Source of the DNA: Candidatus Dormiibacterota bacterium
GTDB taxonomy: Bacteria; Chloroflexota; Dormibacteria; Dormibacterales; Dormibacteraceae
Length of the DNA stretch: 64,000 bases
Assembly: GCA_003139695.1 (NCBI GenBank)
Contig: PLJM01000028.1
Location: 1,573 to 65,572, forward strand
Direction of reading: 5' to 3'
The stretch's first letter is position 1. Each line of letters begins with the position of its first letter. The translations under genes and the position numbers were made by a program. Positions 55,100-64,000 of the stretch are shown piece by piece. The notes under the pieces are model-generated. The model saw only the letters and a list, made by a program, of their open reading frames with translations. It was not told the origin of the DNA and ran no database searches.

Positions 55100-56082
55100 G
55101 CGGCGGCAGCTGCCGCCATCGCCGCAAGGTTCACATCCCTCGCGCGCGTGGGCACCGAGCAGCCCGGCGCCAGCAACAGGCCACGCCCACCGGTCTCAGC
55201 AACCGCTCGACGCGCTTCCGCCTCGACCTCGGCCGGCGGCCCGTAGAGCAGGCTTCCACGCTGCCCCAGGCCTCCCATCACCGTACGGCCGCTGATCGTC
55301 TGGCCCTCGGCCAGCGTGGGGTTGCCCTGGTTGTGCACCGACCAGCTGATCACCTGTGCCGGCATGTCGCGAGACAGCCCGAACTGCAAGTTGGAGCCGC
55401 ACATGTGCACTGCGTTGAACCAGGCTTCGGTTGGCAGCTGTTTCAAGACGCTCACGTCCAGCGGCAGCACCAGCTCGCGATACACGCTCTCCGGCATCGC
55501 ATCCTTGCTCGTGTAGCCGGAGATCGCATAAAACACGCCTGCGGCCCCGGCCTTGACGGAGCGTTTCGAGAAATCCACGAGGACTTCGGCGATCCGCTCG
55601 AGCGCCGGGCGTACCACGTCGGGGTGCTTGCGCAGCTCGCGCACCACGCGCGACTTCGACTTACCGACCAGGTAACCGGCGACAGTGATCGGGCTGAACA
55701 CGGTCTGGATTACGGGGACGTCGGGGCCGAGCTCGCGAGCGACCATGCCGATCGACTCCACCTGGTCGTATAGGGCTTTGGGGTTGGTGGCCGAAACGGT
55801 GTGCCACGCGTCGAGATCCGGCACCGCGAAGCTCACAGGCACCGGTCCCTTGAGGCGATGTCCTGCCGGCTTGTACACCGACCCAAAGGCCTCGGCGAAG
55901 CACGTGGCACGCGGTTGGAACTTCACGAAATCCCACCCAAACTGCCGAGCCCGTTCGACTGTCACCCGTGCGAGATCCTCAGGCGACCACTCCTCGCGAT
56001 ACGTGTGCCCCCAGGCGCCAACTGGCGGCCTGTCGGCGACACCCAAGTCCAGCGCTGCCTCCACCCTCCCTCTGCTATTCAT
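55096..56082 (-). CDS. uroporphyrinogen decarboxylase (URO-D) family protein, MtaA/CmuA-like
   Basis: 328 aa from the ATG at 56082. URO-D-like TIM-barrel pattern (PPVGAWGHTY, IQTVFSPITVAGYL, HMCGSN, LAPGCSVP). The upstream 122 codons of the track ORF were rejected. Confidence 0.7.
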   Translation of the reverse strand: MNSRGRVEAALDLGVADRPPVGAWGHTYREEWSPEDLARVTVERARQFGWDFVKFQPRATCFAEAFGSVYKPAGHRLKGPVPVSFAVPDLDAWHTVSATNPKALYDQVESIGMVARELGPDVPVIQTVFSPITVAGYLVGKSKSRVVRELRKHPDVVRPALERIAEVLVDFSKRSVKAGAAGVFYAISGYTSKDAMPESVYRELVLPLDVSVLKQLPTEAWFNAVHMCGSNLQFGLSRDMPAQVISWSVHNQGNPTLAEGQTISGRTVMGGLGQRGSLLYGPPAEVEAEARRAVAETGGRGLLLAPGCSVPTRARDVNLAAMAAAAAA

Positions 56083-56160
56083 CCATTCGAGTTTAAGCTG
56101 GACCTGGTGACGATCGAGTCTGACGCTGCTCGGTTGCGGGCCGCCGCTGAGGTCAAGCCG

Positions 56161-56442
56161 ATGAAGCTCCCCGTCAATCGGCGCGTCGACGAGAGCCACC
56201 ACCTGGTCACGGGGGACGGGCTTTCGGTCTGGTACACGATCCAGGTTTCCCCCCACAGCCGGATCCAGGAGGCGATCTTCGAACGCCCAGACCGCGTGCC
56301 CAGCGACCAGGAATGCGAGCAGTGGCTGCGGCGCCTGGTCGTCGGCGCCGAGGCGGTCGAGGCCCCAGGCTTGCCGGGTGCGATGACGCGCCGTTTCGAA
56401 GCGTTTGAACGCAACCCGGAGCTCGAGGCGCCGCTCGCCTGA
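56161..56442 (+). CDS. small hypothetical protein translationally coupled to glcD
   Basis: 93 aa. GAGG lies 8 nt before the ATG. GC-rich third positions. The TGA overlaps the glcD ATG (TGATG). Confidence 0.35.
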   Translation: MKLPVNRRVDESHHLVTGDGLSVWYTIQVSPHSRIQEAIFERPDRVPSDQECEQWLRRLVVGAEAVEAPGLPGAMTRRFEAFERNPELEAPLA

Positions 56443-57884
56443 TGCCATTGCAAGAATCGGTTCTCACTACGCTGCGAAAGATCGTCGGCCGCGACCACGT
56501 GATCGACAGCGCCAACGACCTTCGCATCTTCGAACGAGACGCTTCGATCGAAGGAGCAGCCCCAGACGCAGTCGTCCTGCCCGCCACCAACGACGAGGTC
56601 GCGGCCGTGATCAAGGTCGCTGCGCAGCACCGCATCCCGGTCGTGCCGCGTGGCGCCGGCACCGGGCTGTCCGGTGGCGCGGTCACCATCCGCGGCGGCA
56701 TCGCGCTGCAGATGACGCGGATGCGTCGCATTCTCGAGATCGACCCGGTGGGCCAAACGGCGCTCGTCGAGCCAGGAGTCGTCAATCAAGAGCTCTCGCT
56801 CGCCGCCGCAGCTCACGGGTTGTTTTACGCCCCCGATCCCTCGAGCCAGAAAGCCTGCACGATCGGCGGCAACGCGGCCGAGAACTCGGGCGGCCCGCAT
56901 TGCCTGTACTACGGAGTGACCACCAACCACGTCCTCGGAATGGAGGTCGTGTTTGCCGACGGCACCGTCCACTGGGTAAGCGGCGATGCGCCAGACCGCG
57001 TGGGCCTCGACCTCTGCGGCGTGCTCGTCGGTTCGGAGGGAACGCTGTGCGCGATCACGAAGATCAAGGTTCGCCTGTTGCGCGTTCCGCCCACCATCGC
57101 GACCCTGCTTGCGGCATTCCCGACCATCGAGACCGCCAGCCAGGCGGTGTCCGCGATCATCGCGCACGGCATCGTGCCGGCAGCACTCGAGATGATGGAC
57201 CAGGTCACAGTGGGGGCGGTCGAGGCGCACTACCACGCCGGCTATCCGACTGACGCCGGCGCGGTGCTGCTCGTCGAGGTAGATGGCATAGCCGAGTCCA
57301 CCCGCGAATTGATGTCAGCGATCCGCGACGAGCTCACCGCGAACCACGGGTATGCGTTGCGCGAAGCCAAGACCCCGGTCGAGCGCGATCTGCTGTGGGC
57401 CGGACGCAAGGGCGCTATCGGGGCGTTGGGGCGGATCAAACCCAACTACTACCTCCACGACGGCGTTGTGCCGCGGACCAAACTCCCACAAATCCTGTCA
57501 GCAGTCGGCGAGATCGGCGAGCACTACAAGCTGCCGGTCGCCAACGTGTTTCACGCGGGAGACGGCAACCTTCATCCGAACATCCTGTTCGACCTGCGCG
57601 ACCGCGAAATCCTGCACCAGGTCGAGAGCGCAGGTGAGGAGATGCTGCGCGCAGTCGTCGAGTTCGGCGGCGCGCTGTCCGGCGAACATGGCATCGGGCT
57701 CGAGAAGAGCGCATTCATGCCGTGGGTCTTCAGCCCCGACGACCTCCGCACGATGCACCAGGTGAAGGACGCCTTCGATGCGGAGGGCATCATGAACCCG
57801 GGCAAGATCTTTCCCGACCCCGGGCGCAAGCAGGCACGCATGCCGGGCCGCACCGGCCTCGCCAGCGAGGCGCAGTGGTGGTGA
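56442..57884 (+). CDS. glcD: glycolate oxidase subunit GlcD (FAD-linked oxidase)
   Basis: FAD-binding PCMH domain (VVPRGAGTGLSGGA) and C-terminal GEHGIGLEK. 480 aa. Confidence 0.9.
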   Translation: MPLQESVLTTLRKIVGRDHVIDSANDLRIFERDASIEGAAPDAVVLPATNDEVAAVIKVAAQHRIPVVPRGAGTGLSGGAVTIRGGIALQMTRMRRILEIDPVGQTALVEPGVVNQELSLAAAAHGLFYAPDPSSQKACTIGGNAAENSGGPHCLYYGVTTNHVLGMEVVFADGTVHWVSGDAPDRVGLDLCGVLVGSEGTLCAITKIKVRLLRVPPTIATLLAAFPTIETASQAVSAIIAHGIVPAALEMMDQVTVGAVEAHYHAGYPTDAGAVLLVEVDGIAESTRELMSAIRDELTANHGYALREAKTPVERDLLWAGRKGAIGALGRIKPNYYLHDGVVPRTKLPQILSAVGEIGEHYKLPVANVFHAGDGNLHPNILFDLRDREILHQVESAGEEMLRAVVEFGGALSGEHGIGLEKSAFMPWVFSPDDLRTMHQVKDAFDAEGIMNPGKIFPDPGRKQARMPGRTGLASEAQWW

Positions 57885-58969
57885 ACGCGCCCGCGGTTGA
57901 GAAGCCGGCGACAGCCGAGGAGCTCGCGCACGCGTTGCACGAAGCTTCGGAAAGCCGGCTCGCGGTGACACCCATCGGTGGCGGTAGGGCGAGCGAGATG
58001 GGCGACCCACTCGAACGCTGTGACGTTGAGCTGCACACGAGCCGCCTGGATCGCGTGCTCGAGCACTCGCAGGGCGACATGGTTGTCAGCGTTGAGGCCG
58101 GTATCACCATCGAGTCGCTGCAATCCGAGCTGTTCCGCAAAGGCCAGTTCCTGCCGCTGGATCCATTCAACTCTCCAGGGCACACGATCGGCGGCCTCCT
58201 AGCCGCGGGGTGGACTGGGCCGCTGCGGCAGCGCTTCGGCTCCCCACGTGACTTCCTCATCGGCATCCGCTTGGCGCTGCCCGACGGGCGCCTCGCCAGC
58301 GCCGGTGGCCGCGTGGTGAAGAACGTCAGCGGCTACGACATGATGAAGCTGCATCTCGGGGCGATGGGTTCTCTCGGTGTTATCGTCGCTGCCTCGTTCA
58401 AGGTATTTCCAAACGCACTGCACGACGTGACGGTCGACATTGCGTGTGCATCATTCGAGGACGCTTGGGCTGCGGGCGAAAGGGCTATGGCGCTTCCCCT
58501 CCCGCCCGCGGCGCTGGAGCTCTTGTCCAGCGGCCGATTGATGGCACGCTTCCTCGGCAGTCGTGATGCGGTGGAGCGAATGGTGAGCGAGCTCAGATGG
58601 AACAGGGCCGACCCGTCAATCTGGGTTGAGCACTCGCGCCGGGGACCGTCGAGCTGGGCGCGCATTGCCGTTCCACGGCACAAGGTCCACTCGACGTTGA
58701 CATCGCTGCCCGCAGGCTCCGAGTGGTGGGCATCGCCAGGCGTCGGCATCGTGCACTGGTCAGTCGAGAGTGGCGTCGAAACGGTGCGCGAGGCCCGCGC
58801 GACGGCGGAAGCGGCGGGCGGCTCGCTTGTGATGATGGCGGGGCCCGACGAGCTGCGGCGAAAGGTCGGCGCGTGGGGCAGCCCGCCGCCAACTCTCGAG
58901 CTGATGATGAGGCTCAAGAATGCATTCGACCCTGGACGGACTTTGAACCCAGGTAGGTTCGTCGTCTGA
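57875..58969 (+). CDS. glcE: glycolate oxidase FAD-binding subunit GlcE
   Basis: GTG triplet at 57875-57883 overlapping the glcD stop. PIGGGRAS, VKNVSGYDMMKL motifs. Confidence 0.8.
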   Translation: MVVNAPAVEKPATAEELAHALHEASESRLAVTPIGGGRASEMGDPLERCDVELHTSRLDRVLEHSQGDMVVSVEAGITIESLQSELFRKGQFLPLDPFNSPGHTIGGLLAAGWTGPLRQRFGSPRDFLIGIRLALPDGRLASAGGRVVKNVSGYDMMKLHLGAMGSLGVIVAASFKVFPNALHDVTVDIACASFEDAWAAGERAMALPLPPAALELLSSGRLMARFLGSRDAVERMVSELRWNRADPSIWVEHSRRGPSSWARIAVPRHKVHSTLTSLPAGSEWWASPGVGIVHWSVESGVETVREARATAEAAGGSLVMMAGPDELRRKVGAWGSPPPTLELMMRLKNAFDPGRTLNPGRFVV

Positions 58970-60150
58970 TGGCGTTCGACCTCCTCAAAGACGACGATCT
59001 GGCCACGTGCGTCCACTGCGGCCTCTGCCTCGATGCCTGCCCGACCTTTCGCGCCACAGGTCTCGAGACAGAGTCCCCGCGCGGACGCATCCAGCTGATG
59101 ACCGAGTGGAAGCGAGGAACACTGCCCTTCACAGAGGATCAGGCGCGCCACATCGACCTGTGCCTTGGATGCAGAACCTGCGAGGCCGTCTGCCCTTCAG
59201 GAGTGCCTTATGGACGGATCATCGAGGCCGGCCGTGCAGAGGTCGAGCACATTCGACAACCCTCTTCGAAACGATGGCTGGCTCGCACTGCGCTGCGCCA
59301 GCTGGTCGGGCACCCACACCGGCTGCGGGTCTTCGGCTCGATGACGCGCGCCGCCCAGGCCGTGGGTTTGACCAAGATCGCGCGCTCCGGGCGCCAGCTG
59401 CCGCAGCTCGAAGCGCAATTCCGCGCGCCGCATTCCGGGATTGCGCCGGCGATCGGGGCGCGGCGATACCGGGTTGCGTTCCTGGTCGGATGCGTGATGC
59501 CCATCCTTTATCCGCGGTCTCACGCCGCGGCGGTGAGATTGCTTCAGCTCGCCGGCTGCGAGGTGTGGTTTCCGCAAGGCGAGCGCTGCTGCGGGGCATT
59601 GCTCGCACACAACGGCGACCTCGAAGGCGCCGCACGGCTGCGCGACGCGAATATGCAGATCTACGGGCGCGGCCAGTTCGACGCGCTGATCGTTGACTCA
59701 GCCGGCTGTGGCTCCCACCTCAAGGACTTTTACCCCGAGCTCACGGGACGCGTCAAAGACCTGACCGAATGGCTGGCCGAGGTCGGTCTGCCTCCGGCCG
59801 AGCACGAGGTCAAGGTACGCGTCACCTACCAGGATGCGTGTCACCTCGCCCACGCTCAACGCATTCGCAAGCAGCCACGTGATCTCATCCGCGCCCTCCC
59901 AGGGATCGAGCTGGTGGAGATGAGGCACCCTGAGATCTGCTGCGGCGCGGCGGGGCTGTACAGCACGTTGGAACCCGCGATGTCCACGACGATCCTCCGC
60001 GAGAAAACCGACGACGTGCTGAGCACTCGGGCCGATCTTGTGGTCACCGCCAACCCCGGGTGTCAGATGCAGCTGTCAACCGGCATCCGCTCGCGCGGCT
60101 CGAACATGGGGGTCGAGCACATCGCGGAACTATTGGTGCGCGCTTACTAG
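58969..60150 (+). CDS. glcF: glycolate oxidase iron-sulfur subunit GlcF
   Basis: CVHCGLCLDACP and CLGCRTCEAVCP ferredoxin motifs plus two CCG domains (CCGA at both). Confidence 0.85.
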   Translation: MAFDLLKDDDLATCVHCGLCLDACPTFRATGLETESPRGRIQLMTEWKRGTLPFTEDQARHIDLCLGCRTCEAVCPSGVPYGRIIEAGRAEVEHIRQPSSKRWLARTALRQLVGHPHRLRVFGSMTRAAQAVGLTKIARSGRQLPQLEAQFRAPHSGIAPAIGARRYRVAFLVGCVMPILYPRSHAAAVRLLQLAGCEVWFPQGERCCGALLAHNGDLEGAARLRDANMQIYGRGQFDALIVDSAGCGSHLKDFYPELTGRVKDLTEWLAEVGLPPAEHEVKVRVTYQDACHLAHAQRIRKQPRDLIRALPGIELVEMRHPEICCGAAGLYSTLEPAMSTTILREKTDDVLSTRADLVVTANPGCQMQLSTGIRSRGSNMGVEHIAELLVRAY

Positions 60151-60163
60151 ACCGGCTGCAGGT

Positions 60164-60940
60164 CTATACCTTGATCCTCGGTAGCGTCGCCGTCCTCGTG
60201 ACGTCGACCTCGACCCGCGCTATTGCGAGCGTTACATTGTCGGGCGCCCCCAGCTCACGGCAGCGCTCGATCACGCGCTTTGCACCGGAGTCCAGATCGC
60301 CATCCTTGAGTAGGAGCTTGCCCATCTCCTCGACGCTCACGCCAGCGGTCTCAACACCGTCGCTGCAGAGCACGACCGTGTCGCCCTCGTGGATTTCGAT
60401 TCGATCGGTGAAGGACTGAATCGATTCCCAGACGCCGACAGCTCGTGTCAGCCGGTGCTTCAACGGATGGTCGACCGCGTCTTCCGGCTTGATGACCCCA
60501 AGGCGCACTTGCTCGGCCGGCCATGAGTGGTCCTGTGAGATGAGCTGCGCGCTCCCATTGCGGAACAGATAAGCCGGGCTGTCGCCGACGTTTAGCAGGC
60601 CGAGCTCGCCGCCGCGAATCGCGGCCACGACCACCGTGCTGCCCATGCCTTTCCATTCCGGGTTCTCTTCCGAGGCCTCGAAAACCGCGGTGTTCGCCTG
60701 CTTGCAGGCTCGCTTCAAGCGATCGACATCCGGCCCCTCGTCGCCATCCTCAGCGAGCACACGCGTAATCGTCTTCGAGGCGATCGAGCTTGCGGTCTGA
60801 CCTGCCGCGTGACCGCCCATCCCATCGCATACGACCAGCAAGGTGTCCAGGCCCGCCTTGTTCCGCCATACGACTACTGAGTCCTCGTTCTCCTCGCGTT
60901 CGAGGCCGGGATCAGTCGCCCAGGCGACCCGCAGACGCAA
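60164..60940 (-). CDS. PP2C-family Ser/Thr protein phosphatase
   Basis: NEDS, VCDGMGGHAAG, GDSPAYL, LCSDG motifs. TTG start. Confidence 0.9.
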   Translation of the reverse strand: MRLRVAWATDPGLEREENEDSVVVWRNKAGLDTLLVVCDGMGGHAAGQTASSIASKTITRVLAEDGDEGPDVDRLKRACKQANTAVFEASEENPEWKGMGSTVVVAAIRGGELGLLNVGDSPAYLFRNGSAQLISQDHSWPAEQVRLGVIKPEDAVDHPLKHRLTRAVGVWESIQSFTDRIEIHEGDTVVLCSDGVETAGVSVEEMGKLLLKDGDLDSGAKRVIERCRELGAPDNVTLAIARVEVDVTRTATLPRIKV

Positions 60941-60943
60941 AGG

Positions 60944-62536
60944 CTACGAACCGAGAAGCGCGAAATGAACCGCGTTCTGACCGATCGTGATGCGGTCGTC
61001 GTGCTTTAGCTCTTTCTCCTGGATCGGGTCACCGTTGACAAGGGTGCCGTTGGTGCTCCCCAGGTCGACGATCCAGAACTGCTCACCGCGCCGCTCCACG
61101 CGAGCGTGGTGTCCGCTGGTCGCCGGGTCGCGAAGGATGAGGTCGTTATCAGGCGAACGCCCCATGCGGAGCGCGCTCTCACTGGCCCGATACGTGTGGC
61201 CTGCGTCGGGACCTGACTCGATCGTCAGCTCCGCTTGCGCCCCACCGCCCGGCGTCGCGCGAAGGATCGGCTGCGTCGGGCCGCCCATGACAGCGGTGTC
61301 CGGGATCGCCGGCGGAGTCGGTGGCGGGGACTGCCACGCGGGCATCAACGTCGTTGATTCGTGGGGAGCGTCGGCGCCCATGCCCATGCCTGCCGCGATT
61401 GTGGCGGCGACATCCGGAGAACGCTCCACGTGCGGCGCCGGGGCAGCCGGCGCGGCCGAGTTGGCCGCAGCTGGTGCAGCGGCTCCCGCTGCGAGCTCCT
61501 GCGACGCAGCCGAAGCGGGCGATGGGGGGGCCCAGGCGGCTGCTGGCGGTGGTGGGGCCCAGGCGGCTGCTGGCGGTGGCGGCTCAGCCGCCGGAGGCGG
61601 TGACCACGCCGGTGGCTCGGGTGAGCTCGGCGGCGCTCCCCACGACGGCGCGGCGGGAGCCGCGGGCTCCTCGCTCTTGGGCACGTCCCACGACGATGCC
61701 GCGGCCGGCTCGTTCCATGACGGCGCAGGAGGCGTCACCGGCGGAGAGCTGGCCGCAGCCGCTCCCCAGTCGGTCGAGGCTGGTTTGGAAGCAGGAGCGG
61801 CCGGCGGGGCGGAGTCCCACGAGGGAGCGGCCGCGGCGGCGGCTGGCGCTGCCTCGACGGGGGGCGACCCCCAGGTCGGGGCTGGTGACGGTGAGGCCAC
61901 CGGTGGCGATGCGGCCAGCGACGGTGGCGCCGGCGCGGGCGGCGGAGGTGCCGGTGCCCTGGGCGCCACGGGTGGAGGTGCACCCCAGGCCGGCGCCGGC
62001 GGCGCTGCCGTGGCACCCCAGCTGGCCGCCCCTGGCGGCGGAGGTGGCGGCGCCGCGGGCGCCCCGGAAGGGGCGGGTGGTGACATCGACGGCGGCGGTG
62101 GAGGCGGCGCGCCCCAGGTCTGAGCGGCGGGCTGGGGCGGTCCAGGCGTGGGTGCTCCCCAGGTCGGCGCTGCAGGCTGCGGGGGTGCAGGCGGCGCCGC
62201 GGCTGCGGAAGCACCACCCCAGACGGGCGCGGGACTCGAAGGCGGCGATGGCGGCCTCGCAGCCGGCGAAGAAGCGGGCTGATCCCAGCTCGGCGAACCT
62301 CCAGGGGGAGCTACGACGGTCGGGGCGAGAGGGCTCGGTGCGTGCGCTCCGGCGGGCGGCGCCCAGGTGGTCGCGATTCCTGCCGGGTGAGACGCCGCTG
62401 CTGTCTGCGGCTGGGATGACGGGCGCACAGGCGGTGCGATCTTGCCGCGCTTGCGGCGCCGGCGCGTGAACAGGTAGGCAATGGCGACGATTACAGCCAG
62501 GGGCGCCAGAACGAGTACTCCGTAAAGTGGGTCCAT
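60944..62536 (-). CDS. membrane-anchored FHA domain protein with long Pro/Ala-rich linker
   Basis: N-terminal TM helix, about 380 aa of P/A/S low complexity, C-terminal FHA (LRMGRSPDNDLILRD...SGHHARV...DLGSTNGTLVNG). GGGAGG SD upstream. Confidence 0.85.
   Translation of the reverse strand: MDPLYGVLVLAPLAVIVAIAYLFTRRRRKRGKIAPPVRPSSQPQTAAASHPAGIATTWAPPAGAHAPSPLAPTVVAPPGGSPSWDQPASSPAARPPSPPSSPAPVWGGASAAAAPPAPPQPAAPTWGAPTPGPPQPAAQTWGAPPPPPPSMSPPAPSGAPAAPPPPPPGAASWGATAAPPAPAWGAPPPVAPRAPAPPPPAPAPPSLAASPPVASPSPAPTWGSPPVEAAPAAAAAAPSWDSAPPAAPASKPASTDWGAAAASSPPVTPPAPSWNEPAAASSWDVPKSEEPAAPAAPSWGAPPSSPEPPAWSPPPAAEPPPPAAAWAPPPPAAAWAPPSPASAASQELAAGAAAPAAANSAAPAAPAPHVERSPDVAATIAAGMGMGADAPHESTTLMPAWQSPPPTPPAIPDTAVMGGPTQPILRATPGGGAQAELTIESGPDAGHTYRASESALRMGRSPDNDLILRDPATSGHHARVERRGEQFWIVDLGSTNGTLVNGDPIQEKELKHDDRITIGQNAVHFALLGS
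61527..61580. repeat. 2 x 27-bp tandem duplication inside the Pro-rich linker
   Basis: ggggcccaggcggctgctggcggtgg(t/c) occurs twice, encoding the PPPAAAWAP duplication. Confidence 0.85.
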
Positions 62537-62686
62537 CCGCTGGAGGGCCTCCCTTGTGCCGAATCCGGCTATGTATTAATTCCAAAAACTGTACGCGGCC
62601 GGGCGTTTGATCCGCCAATGTTCGCGCAGTTCAGAAGTATGGCACCCGACCAATTCGAGTCAAGCCAAGTAACGGTCCAGCCGTAC

Positions 62687-64000
62687 TCAGGACGGCTGTG
62701 GTGCAGCCTGAGTGCTCAGCACGTTGCCTTCGACCACGATCCGGCCGGACGCAACGCCCGGGACTGTGATGTCCGCTTCGAGGGAGTGGCTGCCGCCACC
62801 GAGCGGTTGCCCCGTCACCACGTGAACACGCAGCGATCGCCCCAGGGGCAGGTCGAGCCGCCTCGGCAGCGGGGCGCGGCCCGCGTGGGTCTCGACCTGG
62901 AGATCCGGGCGGGCGAGGACGACACCGTCGAGGCGCAGTCCCGTCAGCCCGACGAGCACCGCGGGTCGCGTCTGGTTCTCGAGTGCAAAGCTCAGCCCGT
63001 CGGGCTCCGACCGCAGGCTCGACAGGTCTGCAAGACGCTCGGCGAGGTACCTGGCCAGCTCCGGGCGCGGCCTGGGCCCTGGCAGAGTCGAAGTGACAGT
63101 GAATTGAAGCTCGGCGCGATCGATCACCCGCCCTCGGACCGTCAGCGTCGTCTCCAGCTTGTAGTCGCCCTCGGCCGGAAGTGGCAATGTCACTGTGGTC
63201 GCGCTGACCGAAGGCTCGAAGGCGGTCGGGACCTCGACGTCCACCACGCCTGCGAATGACTTTCGCTGCATCGCGTCGCGAATGAGCCGGGCGCCGCGGC
63301 GCTTGCCCGCGCGTTCTCGCGTCACCGACCAGCGCACCACACCTCCGCCTGAAACCTCCGGGTCGTCATTGACGACAACCAGGCGCGCGCTAAATGAAAC
63401 ATCCGGGCGCTGGAGGATGCCGAACGGCCGGTCCGGCTCGAACGTGAGCGGCACGACGATGACGCGAGTCGCTTTGAATGCCTGGGTCAGCGCTGCGAGC
63501 GCCGGCTTTGGCCGGCGGGCGCCATCCATCAACCCGAAGCCGATGGCGGGAAATGGATCGACCAGCTGATATGCAAACGCACCCCAGCAGGACTCGAACT
63601 TGCGGATCCGCAGATGCTCGGCAGCCAAACGGACGACGTCGGCCTGGTAGGCCTGAGACGCTGCGATGTAAGACTCGAGGCTCTGTTGTCCGGAAGGCAG
63701 GCCGACTCCCCTCTCCGCCCAGTTGACCGGTTGAAAGCCGGCGAATCGCCAGGACGCGTCATCGTCGGCGACCGGCCACGGCGCAGGGATCTCTTGCCAG
63801 ACCGGTGAGTCGACCGACGGCAGCGATTGCGCGCCGAAAGCGGTGACCATCACCGGTTCGACCTCGGTGAGCTCGCGCCACGAACCAGTCGTCCAGCCGA
63901 GCATCAAGTGCTGGTCGATCTCGCCTGAAGCGGCCAGCGCGGGCCGGGTCGCATCCAGCTTCTCGAATGATGCCTTCAGCTCCTGGTCGATCGGGTGGTT
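62687..64000 (-). CDS. glycoside hydrolase family 2-like (beta-mannosidase-like) protein, 5' end outside the window
   Basis: The frame is open to the window edge. FGAQSLP, SQAYQADVVRLAAEHLRIRK, GAFAYQLVDPFPAIGFGLMDGARRPK resemble the GH2 catalytic-to-C-terminal region, followed by Ig-like C-terminal domains. Confidence 0.5.
   Translation of the reverse strand, partial: NHPIDQELKASFEKLDATRPALAASGEIDQHLMLGWTTGSWRELTEVEPVMVTAFGAQSLPSVDSPVWQEIPAPWPVADDDASWRFAGFQPVNWAERGVGLPSGQQSLESYIAASQAYQADVVRLAAEHLRIRKFESCWGAFAYQLVDPFPAIGFGLMDGARRPKPALAALTQAFKATRVIVVPLTFEPDRPFGILQRPDVSFSARLVVVNDDPEVSGGGVVRWSVTRERAGKRRGARLIRDAMQRKSFAGVVDVEVPTAFEPSVSATTVTLPLPAEGDYKLETTLTVRGRVIDRAELQFTVTSTLPGPRPRPELARYLAERLADLSSLRSEPDGLSFALENQTRPAVLVGLTGLRLDGVVLARPDLQVETHAGRAPLPRRLDLPLGRSLRVHVVTGQPLGGGSHSLEADITVPGVASGRIVVEGNVLSTQAAPQPS

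Noticed and set aside
55096-56448. N-terminal extension of the URO-D-like gene (450-aa ORF)
   Set aside because: The URO-D core begins at the internal Met (ATG at 56082), and the upstream 122 codons do not resemble that fold. They run antisense across the divergent spacer and the 93-aa candidate ORF.
56079-57236. 385-aa minus-strand ORF
   Set aside because: It is antisense to glcD, whose FAD-oxidase motifs are clear. Its composition is Arg/Gly/Asp-rich.
60987-62469. Two ~380-aa plus-strand ORFs (60987..62123 and 61321..62469) and a 344-aa minus-strand alternative frame
   Set aside because: They are antisense or out of frame to the low-complexity Pro/Ala linker of the FHA protein. Gly/Ala or Arg/Pro runs arise automatically from that repeat composition.

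Overview
High-GC (roughly two-thirds G+C by eye), densely coding bacterial chromosome segment. About 70 genes are supportable, and most are housekeeping. All family calls come from motifs read in the translated ORF track; no database search was run. Gene order and content look Actinomycetota-like: lepA ... hemW-hrcA-grpE-dnaJ ... rsmE, an MshC-type cysteine ligase, and an FHA/PP2C pair.

Main blocks:
- 0-5.3 kb: second-messenger cluster with a receiver, a class III cyclase and a large PAS/GAF-GGDEF-EAL protein.
- 5.9-13.1 kb: CIRCE-controlled hrcA-grpE-dnaJ with hemW, then lepA.
- 13.5-17.5 kb: overlapping nrtR-nadC-nadA-nadB operon.
- 17.5-33 kb: rsmE, UDG, apbC, trxB, M20 peptidase, a LutB-LutA fusion, pepA and dxs.
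- 36-38.6 kb: TetR plus ABC-2 exporter with a clear promoter/operator.
- 39-41.5 kb: mshC and metK.
- 41.5-43.2 kb: ECF sigma operon whose anti-sigma carries a variant Rieske-like domain.
- 44-49 kb: ABC-F, DedA, alpha/beta hydrolase and EamA.
- 56.4-60.2 kb: glcDEF.
- 60.2-62.5 kb: PP2C and FHA.

The only clearly accessory stretch is about 49-54.6 kb around a tRNA-Met(CAT). It holds VanW, a PepSY fragment, a tyrosine-integrase relic, a 14-repeat Cys-pair propeller-like lipoprotein, DoxX, a VOC remnant and a DUF3592-like protein.

No CRISPR array, rRNA, intact mobile element or recognisable defence system was seen. The most unusual items are the 14-repeat lipoprotein and the ECF sigma / Rieske-like anti-sigma module. 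Many long ORFs in the track are out-of-frame or antisense artefacts of high GC and were rejected.
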